Shown here piece by piece: positions 7,992 through 14,111 of a stretch of 64,000 bases of DNA. The stretch is taken from the IMG/VR virus record IMGVR_UViG_3300045988_174094, positions 44,932 through 108,931 of that record. One strand, 5' to 3'. Below the pieces are notes generated by a model. That model was given only the letters and a program-made list of their open reading frames with translations. It had not been told where the DNA came from and made no database searches. This DNA comes from a virus. The position numbers and the translations under genes are program-made. How positions within the stretch are numbered: position 1 is the first letter of the stretch; each line of letters starts with the position of its first letter.

Positions 7992-8357
7992 ATGGATTAC
8001 AAAGCAATTGAAGAAATGTACGGCGGTATTCCTGAAAAGACCGAAATGGACAAACTCATTGACTACTTGAAGATTTGCCCACCGGAAAAGTATACTTATT
8101 CAGTCACCGAGTGCTATGGACGTCCTCAAGTCATTTTTATGGACTTTCAGACAGGCGAACGAGTAGCCGATTGCGTTTGCCATAGCGGAAGTTATGGACA
8201 CGAGCGCGGACTGATTGAAGCAATGGGTGCGCCACTTGTCAATGAAGAAGAAGTTGGGGATGATGTCGAAGGATGGCTGAGTGCGGTTGACATTATGTCA
8301 AGAATTTGTGAACTGCCTCCCGATAATATTTTGAAAATCGTAGGGGAGGACGCGTAA
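7992..8357 (+). CDS. hypothetical early protein (ends ..EDA*)
   Basis: AAAAGGAG RBS; 121 aa. Confidence 0.8.
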   Translation: MDYKAIEEMYGGIPEKTEMDKLIDYLKICPPEKYTYSVTECYGRPQVIFMDFQTGERVADCVCHSGSYGHERGLIEAMGAPLVNEEEVGDDVEGWLSAVDIMSRICELPPDNILKIVGEDA

Positions 8358-8371
8358 AGCGTCCTCTTTTT
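8347..8371 (+). terminator. intrinsic terminator, stop in loop
   Basis: gaggacgc-gtaaa-gcgtcctc followed by T5. Confidence 0.75.
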
Positions 8372-8372
8372 A

Positions 8373-8391
8373 TTAGACGTCCATCGTCTAA
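8373..8391. repeat. TTAGACG-N5-CGTCTAA inverted repeat
   Basis: ttagacgtccatcgtctaa. Confidence 0.9.
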
Positions 8392-8407
8392 ACATTTCTC
8401 ACGCGAA

Positions 8408-8422
8408 GTCATCTTATATGAC
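8408..8422. repeat. GTCAy-N5-rTGAC box
   Basis: gtcatcttatatgac. Confidence 0.6.
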
Positions 8423-8441
8423 AAAAATTTCTAAAAAGTTC

Positions 8442-8470
8442 TTGACAAAAAAAGAAAACTATGATATAAT
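8442..8470 (+). promoter_or_regulatory. early promoter TTGACA-17-TATAAT
   Basis: ttgacaaaaaaagaaaactatgatataat. Confidence 0.75.
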
Positions 8471-8499
8471 TTAGATACAAAAAGAAAGGAGTTTTTGAA

Positions 8500-8952
8500 A
8501 TGGAAAAAATTATTAGTTTAGATATGGACGGCACAATTGTAGATTTCTACGGCGTTGAAAATTGGCTTCCGAAAATTCGTGCACATGACGCAAGCCCGTA
8601 CAGAGACGCGCGCGCACTTGTAAATCTTTCAAGGCTTGCGCGACGTTTGAACGCAATCCAGCGCAAGGGATGGAAAATTCGTGTGGTTTCGTGGGGAAGT
8701 AAAGACCGCGACAAAAATTTTCTTGAAGAAGTTCGTCGCGCAAAAATTGAATGGTTAGCGCGTCATTTGAAAAGTGTTCATTTTGATGAAATTTGTATTG
8801 TTCATTATGGAACGCCAAAAAGCAAAGTTGGCACGTTACGCGGCGGTTTTCTTTTTGATGATGAAAAGCCAAATCGTGAAGAATGGACACGCGCGGGAAT
8901 GACGGCATATGACGCGACAGAAATTTTTGACTTCCTTCGTTCGATTAGGTGA
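8500..8952 (+). CDS. HAD-superfamily phosphatase, 5'(3')-deoxyribonucleotidase-like
   Basis: N-terminal DMDGT (HAD motif I) and later FLFDDE. 150 aa. AAAGGAG RBS. Confidence 0.7.
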   Translation: MEKIISLDMDGTIVDFYGVENWLPKIRAHDASPYRDARALVNLSRLARRLNAIQRKGWKIRVVSWGSKDRDKNFLEEVRRAKIEWLARHLKSVHFDEICIVHYGTPKSKVGTLRGGFLFDDEKPNREEWTRAGMTAYDATEIFDFLRSIR

Positions 8953-8981
8953 TGCGTAAAGCGTCACCTTTTTTGTTTTTT
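8948..8981 (+). terminator. intrinsic terminator overlapping the stop codon
   Basis: ggtgatgc-gtaaa-gcgtcacc followed by a long T-run. Confidence 0.8.
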
Positions 8982-8984
8982 GTC

Positions 8985-9003
8985 TTAGACGTAGACCGTC
9001 TAA
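8985..9003. repeat. TTAGACG-N5-CGTCTAA inverted repeat
   Basis: ttagacgtagaccgtctaa. Confidence 0.9.
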
Positions 9004-9019
9004 ATATTTCTCGCGCGAA

Positions 9020-9034
9020 GTCACGTTATGTGAC
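9020..9034. repeat. GTCAy-N5-rTGAC box
   Basis: gtcacgttatgtgac. Confidence 0.6.
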
Positions 9035-9054
9035 AAAATTTCTAAAAATTCTTC

Positions 9055-9083
9055 TTGACTTCTCGCGCAGATTATGGTATAAT
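9055..9083 (+). promoter_or_regulatory. early promoter TTGACT-17-TATAAT (first of tandem pair)
   Basis: A 12-bp stem follows (gtcaagaggga..tttcctcttgac, 9091-9145). Its 3' arm carries the -35 of the second promoter. Confidence 0.65.
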
Positions 9084-9140
9084 CCATAATGTCAAGAGGG
9101 AAAGAAACAAAAAAGAAATTGAAAAAAGTGAAATTTCCTC

Positions 9141-9169
9141 TTGACAAATTCAAAAAACTATGGTATAAT
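9141..9169 (+). promoter_or_regulatory. early promoter TTGACA-17-TATAAT (second of tandem pair)
   Basis: ttgacaaattcaaaaaactatggtataat. Confidence 0.7.
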
Positions 9170-9248
9170 AAAAGCGTAATCAAGAGAGGAAACCTCTTGA
9201 ATATAAAAAATAGGGTGGCGACCGTCGCTAAAATGAAAGGAATCTATT

Positions 9249-9641
9249 ATGACTACTCGTGAATTCTACAATGCTGTCCTGTCCATGGAAAACGTTTCCG
9301 CTGAAATCTCTGAAAAGGCTGCCGCGCTCCTGTCCGCAATGGACAAAAAGAACGCTGAACGTTCCTCTAAGCCGACAAAGGCGCAGAAAGAAAACGAAGC
9401 GCTCCTGCCCATCATGCGCGAAGTCCTCGCAGCTGCCGACCATCCCATCACCGCGTCTGACCTCTTTGACGCAAAGCCGGAGCTGAAGAACGTTCAGAAG
9501 TGTTCCTCTCTGCTCCGTATGCTTGAGAAGTCCGGTGAAGTGACTTCTGTTGAAGTCAAGGTGAAAGGCAAGGGGAAGGTAAAGGGCTATTCCCTCGCGG
9601 ACGCAGAGCCGAGCGACACCGCGCCGAGCGACGCCGAGTAA
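9249..9641 (+). CDS. winged-helix-like DNA-binding protein, paralog of 12546-12914
   Basis: MTTREFYNAVLSMENVSAEI.. aligns by eye with MTKREFLNTIATAENLPAEL.. Codon usage is conspicuously richer in GC than in neighbouring genes. Confidence 0.8.
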   Translation: MTTREFYNAVLSMENVSAEISEKAAALLSAMDKKNAERSSKPTKAQKENEALLPIMREVLAAADHPITASDLFDAKPELKNVQKCSSLLRMLEKSGEVTSVEVKVKGKGKVKGYSLADAEPSDTAPSDAE

Positions 9642-9649
9642 ACGTAACG

Positions 9650-9679
9650 GGACGTCACATAATGTGACGTCCTTTTTTT
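9650..9679 (+). terminator. intrinsic terminator built on a GTCAC..GTGAC box
   Basis: ggacgtcaca-taa-tgtgacgtcc followed by T7. Confidence 0.8.
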
Positions 9680-9688
9680 CTGGGGTAT

Positions 9689-9707
9689 TTAGACGTCCAT
9701 CGTCTAA
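9689..9707. repeat. TTAGACG-N5-CGTCTAA inverted repeat
   Basis: ttagacgtccatcgtctaa. Confidence 0.9.
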
Positions 9708-9724
9708 AACTTTTCCGCGCAGGC

Positions 9725-9739
9725 GTCACTTCACATGAC
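9725..9739. repeat. GTCAy-N5-rTGAC box
   Basis: gtcacttcacatgac. Confidence 0.6.
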
Positions 9740-9767
9740 AAAATCTAAAAAATTTTTCTCTGAATAC

Positions 9768-9796
9768 TTGACTTTTTGAAAAAATTATGGTATAAT
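9768..9796 (+). promoter_or_regulatory. early promoter TTGACT-17-TATAAT
   Basis: ttgactttttgaaaaaattatggtataat. Confidence 0.75.
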
Positions 9797-9831
9797 CTAG
9801 TTACCAAATGAAAGAAAGGAAATCAAAAACT

Positions 9832-10215
9832 ATGGCAAGTAAAATTGAAACTGAAATCCGCGAGGAATTTATGTCTGCCGTGCGCGAACTGTTTGAGGGC
9901 AAGGGTGAGGACGTGTTACAGGTCAAAAGCGGGACTATTTCTATTCCGTGGGTGCGTGGTGATGACGAGGGATATTTGAATATCGCTTTCAGTATTCCGA
10001 AGGGCGAACGGGACAAAGAAAATAAATGTTATATTCCTTATGACGGTTACGAGGAAGCGCAGAACTACGCACAGGAAACCGAAGCAAAGCGCGCAAAGAA
10101 AGCCGAAACCGCAAAGAAGAAAGCCGAAAAAATCGCGCGTGACGAGAAGAACCGCGCCGAGGCAAAGCGCAAGCGCGAAGAACGCGAAAAGGAAAAGGAG
10201 GAGAGTGACGCGTAA
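9832..10215 (+). CDS. hypothetical early protein with K/E/R-rich tail (ends ..SDA*)
   Basis: ATG 9832 follows AAAGAAAGGAAA. In frame with track ORF 9808-10215. Confidence 0.75.
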   Translation: MASKIETEIREEFMSAVRELFEGKGEDVLQVKSGTISIPWVRGDDEGYLNIAFSIPKGERDKENKCYIPYDGYEEAQNYAQETEAKRAKKAETAKKKAEKIARDEKNRAEAKRKREEREKEKEESDA

Positions 10216-10234
10216 AGCGTCACCCTCTTTTTTT
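10201..10234 (+). terminator. intrinsic terminator, stop in loop
   Basis: gagagtgacgc-gtaaa-gcgtcaccctc followed by T7. Confidence 0.8.
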
Positions 10235-10241
10235 CGGAATT

Positions 10242-10260
10242 TTAGACGTAGATCGTCTAA
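10242..10260. repeat. TTAGACG-N5-CGTCTAA inverted repeat
   Basis: ttagacgtagatcgtctaa. Confidence 0.9.
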
Positions 10261-10269
10261 AAATTTCTC

Positions 10270-10298
10270 TTGATAAAATCAAAATCTTATGCTATAAT
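10270..10298 (+). promoter_or_regulatory. early promoter TTGATA-17-TATAAT
   Basis: ttgataaaatcaaaatcttatgctataat. Confidence 0.7.
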
Positions 10299-10344
10299 CT
10301 AATTATCAAATGAAAGAAACACCTAAAAGAAAGGAATCTAAAAA

Positions 10345-10527
10345 ATGAGATATTTTATCAATGAACGAAACGGCGCGATGACGAACACCACCGATAATCA
10401 AGAAGTAGAAAGATTGCTTGCTAATGGATACAAAGAAATTAGTGAAGAAGTTTATACCATGGAATACCGCAAGGCGTATTTCTATGCTATCGGCGATTTT
10501 GACAAGGCTTTTTCTGAGGACACATAA
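10345..10527 (+). CDS. hypothetical early protein, 60 aa
   Basis: AAAGGAA RBS. The stop lies in hairpin gaggacacataacatgtcctc. Confidence 0.7.
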   Translation: MRYFINERNGAMTNTTDNQEVERLLANGYKEISEEVYTMEYRKAYFYAIGDFDKAFSEDT

Positions 10528-10544
10528 CATGTCCTCTTTTTTTC
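10516..10544 (+). terminator. intrinsic terminator, stop in loop
   Basis: gaggaca..tgtcctc followed by T8. Confidence 0.8.
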
Positions 10545-10550
10545 AAGATT

Positions 10551-10569
10551 TTAGACGAAATACGTCTAA
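10551..10569. repeat. TTAGACG-N5-CGTCTAA inverted repeat
   Basis: ttagacgaaatacgtctaa. Confidence 0.9.
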
Positions 10570-10578
10570 AAATTCTTC

Positions 10579-10606
10579 TTGACAAATTATAAAATTATGG
10601 TATAAT
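10579..10606 (+). promoter_or_regulatory. early promoter TTGACA-16-TATAAT
   Basis: ttgacaaattataaaattatggtataat. Confidence 0.7.
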
Positions 10607-10634
10607 ACAAATACTAAAAGAAAGGGGAATGAAA

Positions 10635-10967
10635 ATGAATAAAGAATTTTTGGAAAGTCTCGCTAATTGTTTAGAAAATTTTATTTCTAATGAAGTCGAA
10701 AAACGTTGTAAAAAATTAGAAGACGAAAAAAATGCCGCGGAATGGAATTCACAACGTTATAAAGGATGGCTGCTTTTTCTCATAAAAGATAACTCTATCA
10801 ATCTTGATAAATTATATGAAGAAGCAGAAAGAGAATCCCGTGAATGGGAAGAAAGTGATGCTCATAACGGAGTATTTGGACTGTCAAAAGGGAGACTTGA
10901 AGCAGACGATAGAACATACATGTATAAATGTATCAAAAAATTCAAAGAATCTTATGAGGACGCATAA
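10635..10967 (+). CDS. hypothetical early protein (ends ..EDA*); alternative ATG at 10629
   Basis: AAAGGGGAA RBS; 110 aa. Confidence 0.75.
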   Translation: MNKEFLESLANCLENFISNEVEKRCKKLEDEKNAAEWNSQRYKGWLLFLIKDNSINLDKLYEEAERESREWEESDAHNGVFGLSKGRLEADDRTYMYKCIKKFKESYEDA

Positions 10968-10985
10968 CGCGTCCTCTTCTCATTC
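10956..10985 (+). terminator. hairpin with stop in loop (weak T-run)
   Basis: gaggacgc-ataa-cgcgtcctc. Confidence 0.5.
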
Positions 10986-10993
10986 GTTCTACC

Positions 10994-11012
10994 TTAGACG
11001 AAAAACGTCTAA
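10994..11012. repeat. TTAGACG-N5-CGTCTAA inverted repeat
   Basis: ttagacgaaaaacgtctaa. Confidence 0.9.
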
Positions 11013-11026
11013 ATCCTCTGCCGAGC

Positions 11027-11041
11027 GTCGTCTTACGTGAC
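11027..11041. repeat. GTCAy-N5-rTGAC box (degenerate left arm)
   Basis: gtcgtcttacgtgac. Confidence 0.5.
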
Positions 11042-11052
11042 AAAAAAAGTTC

Positions 11053-11081
11053 TTGACAAAATCCCTTTTCTATGCTATAAT
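11053..11081 (+). promoter_or_regulatory. early promoter TTGACA-17-TATAAT
   Basis: ttgacaaaatcccttttctatgctataat. Confidence 0.75.
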
Positions 11082-11140
11082 ATGGATACGTTGAGAGAGG
11101 ATGAACGACCCCTCAATGAAATATGAAAGGACTTTGAAAA

Positions 11141-11887
11141 ATGAAAATTTGTGTATTCGACACTGAAACGACCAGCCTTGAAAAACCGTATTGTTATAAC
11201 GTCGGCTATCTGATTCTTGATACAGAATCCCGCGCTTGTCTTGTAAAGCGTGAATTTGTCATTGAACAAATTTGGCACAATCTCCCGCTTTTCAATACTG
11301 CGTACTACGCAAACAAGCGTTCTATTTATGTAGGCGCTTTGAGAGCGCGAACTATCCGCATGGAAAAGTTCGGTTATGTGACACAGCAGATGCTCCGTGA
11401 TTTCCGCAATTATGAAGTTGAACGCGCGTTTGCTTACAATTCCGCTTTTGATGAAAAAGTTTTCAATTTCAATTGCGATTGGTTCAAAGTAATAAATCCT
11501 TTTGAAACTGTTCCTATTTCTGATATCCGCGGTTTTGTCCATCATTTTATGATTGATGACACATTCCGCGCATGGTGCGAAGAAAATAATGCTTTTACTG
11601 AAAGCGGGCAGTATTCGACAACTGCCGAAGTATTGACACGTTACATCCGTTCTGACACGTCATTTGTCGAAGACCATACCGCACTTTCTGATAGCGAAAT
11701 CGAAGCAGAAATTTTGTTTACTTGCCTTGACCGTGGCGCAGATTTGAACGGAAACTATCAGGCAAAGCGTTCTATTGAACGTAAAATGACGCGCGAGTTC
11801 ACTATTGACTTGCCGGGTGAAAAAATTATCGTCGAAGGAACGCGCGCGACGTATTACAAGACAAAGAATAAATTCGTGGTGCGTTGA
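11141..11887 (+). CDS. DEDDh 3'-5' exonuclease (DnaQ-like fold)
   Basis: Motifs FDTETT (Exo I), AYNSAFDEKV (Exo II), HTALSDSEIE (Exo III, H-x4-D). Confidence 0.8.
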   Translation: MKICVFDTETTSLEKPYCYNVGYLILDTESRACLVKREFVIEQIWHNLPLFNTAYYANKRSIYVGALRARTIRMEKFGYVTQQMLRDFRNYEVERAFAYNSAFDEKVFNFNCDWFKVINPFETVPISDIRGFVHHFMIDDTFRAWCEENNAFTESGQYSTTAEVLTRYIRSDTSFVEDHTALSDSEIEAEILFTCLDRGADLNGNYQAKRSIERKMTREFTIDLPGEKIIVEGTRATYYKTKNKFVVR

Positions 11888-11900
11888 CACATAAAGAGGA

Positions 11901-11929
11901 AAAGGACACATCATGTGTCCTTTTCTTTT
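11901..11929 (+). terminator. intrinsic terminator
   Basis: aaaggacaca-tca-tgtgtccttt followed by tctttt. Confidence 0.75.
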
Positions 11930-11939
11930 ACGCATCTTT

Positions 11940-11958
11940 TTAGACGTATGACGTCTAA
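11940..11958. repeat. TTAGACG-N5-CGTCTAA inverted repeat (no promoter follows)
   Basis: ttagacgtatgacgtctaa. Confidence 0.9.
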
Positions 11959-12051
11959 TTCATTTTATTGTCAAATTTTCAACTTTCATAACATCAAATG
12001 CCGCGTTACATTACATTTTCCACATTACATTACCAATACTCACCGTCAAGT

Positions 12052-12066
12052 GTCACGTTACGTGAT
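12052..12066. repeat. GTCAy-N5-rTGAC box
   Basis: gtcacgttacgtgat. Confidence 0.55.
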
Positions 12067-12099
12067 TTTTTCTATATTATGTGACATCGCGCGGCCTCT

Positions 12100-12114
12100 A
12101 TCACATTATGTGAT
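12100..12114. repeat. GTCAy-N5-rTGAC box (variant)
   Basis: atcacattatgtgat. Confidence 0.5.
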
Positions 12115-12134
12115 TCTTGATACTGAATTTTGAA

Positions 12135-12200
12135 ATAAGCTGCGTCTGCGCGACTGCGCCCGCTCATAAGCTGCATTTGTGTCAAATTTCATATAAGCTG
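12135..12200 (+). repeat. three direct ATAAGCTG boxes (fourth at 12454-12461)
   Basis: Copies at 12135, 12166 and 12193, spaced 31 and 27 bp. A GC-rich gcgtctgcgcgactgcgcc segment lies between the first two. Confidence 0.6.
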
Positions 12201-12315
12201 GATTTTCAATATTTCGGGCGCGTCAAATCTGTAGAGGTATCAATGGAAATTTCCTCTTAAAAAATAAAACGCATTTTTTGCGACTGTTGAGTTGGAAAAT
12301 TTGACAAAGAAAGAT

Positions 12316-12330
12316 GTCATTTTACATGAC
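12316..12330. repeat. GTCAy-N5-rTGAC box
   Basis: gtcattttacatgac. Confidence 0.6.
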
Positions 12331-12345
12331 AGCGCGCACCAAAAT

Positions 12346-12360
12346 GTCACGTAACGTGAC
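12346..12360. repeat. GTCAy-N5-rTGAC box
   Basis: gtcacgtaacgtgac. Confidence 0.6.
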
Positions 12361-12370
12361 CGGCGCAATT

Positions 12371-12399
12371 TTGAAAAATCAACGAAAATATAGTATAAT
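12371..12399 (+). promoter_or_regulatory. promoter TTGAAA-17-TATAAT
   Basis: ttgaaaaatcaacgaaaatatagtataat. Followed by a ~140-nt leader before gene 12546. Confidence 0.65.
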
Positions 12400-12545
12400 A
12401 TATATAGAAACTGAGGGAAGAAGAAACGAAACCTCCACATAGTGGAACCGCGCATAAGCTGCGACTTACGTTCGATTATCTTCTTCCATTTCTAAAATCG
12501 GGGATATAAACCCATCTATTAGAAAATTGAAAGAAGGATACTAGT

Positions 12546-12914
12546 ATGACTAAGAGAGAATTTCTGAACACTATCGCTACCGCTGAAAACCTGCCCGCTG
12601 AACTGGTTGAATTCGCCGCACACGAGCTGGAAGTAATGAACGCTGCAAACGAGAAGAACCGCGCCAAGGCAGCTGAGAAGCGCGCCACAAAGGACGCAGA
12701 GAAGGAGCCTATTCGTAACGCCATTATGGACGTTATGACGAATGAGCCGCAGACCGCCACTATGCTCATCGAGGCAGCTGGCCTCACCGAAACCGTGAAG
12801 CCTCAGTCTATCCCTTCTCTTCTGAAACCCCTCATCGAGGCAGGAACGCTTGAGAAGGTCGATATGAAGATTCCGGAGAAGAAGGGAACTCAGAAGGGCT
12901 ATAAGCTTTCCTAA
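12546..12914 (+). CDS. winged-helix-like DNA-binding protein, paralog of 9249-9641
   Basis: N-terminus and length match the paralog. GC-rich codons. RBS AAGAAGGA. Confidence 0.8.
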   Translation: MTKREFLNTIATAENLPAELVEFAAHELEVMNAANEKNRAKAAEKRATKDAEKEPIRNAIMDVMTNEPQTATMLIEAAGLTETVKPQSIPSLLKPLIEAGTLEKVDMKIPEKKGTQKGYKLS

Positions 12915-12926
12915 GCTCTCTACCCC

Positions 12927-12965
12927 TAAGCCCTGGCTTATTAGCTGGGGCTTATTCCTTATTCT
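12927..12965 (+). terminator. intrinsic terminator
   Basis: taagccc..gggctta followed by a T-rich tail. Confidence 0.6.
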
Positions 12966-12970
12966 TTGAT

Positions 12971-12985
12971 GTCATGTAACGTGAT
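12971..12985. repeat. GTCAy-N5-rTGAC box
   Basis: gtcatgtaacgtgat. Confidence 0.55.
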
Positions 12986-13022
12986 GTCAAATTTGCTGAC
13001 GCGATATCGTATAAATAATAAT

Positions 13023-13075
13023 TTGAATTTTTGAAATGAATTGAATTTTGAAATGAATTGAATTTTGAAACGAAA
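13023..13075 (+). repeat. tandem repeat, ~17-18 bp unit TTGAATTTT(T)GAAAyGAA x3
   Basis: ttgaatttttgaaatgaa / ttgaattttgaaatgaa / ttgaattttgaaacgaa. Confidence 0.85.
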
Positions 13076-13199
13076 CCTATCTCAACACATCTCAATCCGC
13101 CAATGGCCACAACCATTGATCGCCATCGTCCGGACACGTACTCTACCCCTCCCACGTGGGGAACTGTGCCATCCCTTCTATATATAAGCCATTGCTTCT

Positions 13200-13995
13200 A
13201 AGCCTTTGCGTCTAAGCTTCTCTTTTTTTCCTTTCTTTTGTCTTTTTGTTCCCCCTCTTTTTCTCTTTCTTTTCTACTCCCTTCTATTCTCCCCTTTTTT
13301 CTTCATTTTTCTCCCCTTTTTTCTTCATTTTTCTCCCCTTTTTTTTGGAATTTTTTCTGTTCTCCCCTTTTTTTTGGAATTTTTTCTGTTCTCCCCTTTT
13401 TTTTGGAATTTTTTTTCGTTTACACTTTTTCTACGTTTTTTTCTCTTCCTTCCCTCTATTCTCCCTTTTTCTTTTCTCCAATTTTACTTTTCCCCTCTTA
13501 TTAGTTCTATTGATTACACCCTTTTCTTTTTTCTTCTCTATTTCCTTCGTTTTTTCTTTTTCCCCTCTTTTTATCCTCTTCTTTTGTTTTTTTCTTTTAC
13601 GTCCTTCTATTTATACTCTTCTTTTATTTTTCTTTTTTCTTTCTCTCCTATCTTTTCTTCTTCTATTTCCCCCCTTTTATTACTCCCTCTTATATATATT
13701 CTTTCTCTAATTCTATTATTTACACCTTTCTATATAATTCTTCTTCTAATTTTTTTCTTTTCTCCCCCTTTTATTTTCCCCCTATTATTTTTTCTTCCTC
13801 TATATTTTCTACTTTTCCCTTTTTCTTTTTTCTTTCCTATTTTTTCTTTTTATTTTTATTTTTCTTTTTCTACTTCTTTTTTATTTCTATTCTCTCCTTT
13901 CTTCTATGCTCCCCTTACTTCTAAACCACTTTCTTCTACGAATTATTTCGTAAGCCCTATTTCTTACAAAAATATTCTTATCCGTTTTCTCTAAC
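13200..13995 (+). other. ~0.8 kb polypyrimidine (T/C) tract, non-coding
   Basis: Many 60-nt lines hold only 0-3 purines, and G is nearly absent. All three + frames are stop-free but translate to F/L/S/P strings without RBS. Confidence 0.9.
13289..13420 (+). repeat. tandem repeats inside the CT tract (22-bp unit x2, then 29-bp unit x~2.5)
   Basis: CTCCCC plus T6-8 boxes start at 13289, 13311, 13333, 13362 and 13391. They are separated by cttcattttt or ggaattttttctgtt. Confidence 0.9.
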
Positions 13996-14111
13996 AGATT
14001 TTTTTTATTTCCAGTTATAAGAGGTTTTTCTTTTATTCCTCTCAAAAATTTTGAGTCCTCAAATTTTCTTCCCTCTTTCTAACAGAAGAAAACTTACTAA
14101 AGGAGGCGCGT

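Noticed and set aside
11915-12787. ORFs 11915-12133 (+), 12240-12455 (-) and 12476-12787 (-).
   Set aside because: The first starts inside a terminator and spans the repeat boxes. The second has no RBS in a repeat-rich gap. The third is antisense to the well-supported gene 12546-12914.
13289-13420. Regularly spaced repeats considered as a CRISPR-like mini-array.
   Set aside because: The units are contiguous tandem repeats without unique spacers, they are T/C low-complexity, and no cas genes or leader are present.
13206-13994. 262-aa ORF, plus two overlapping ORFs in the other + frames, encoding F/L/S/P-rich 'proteins'.
   Set aside because: All three frames are open only because the tract lacks purines. 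There is no RBS or ATG context, composition is extremely low-complexity, and tandem DNA repeats cross the frames.
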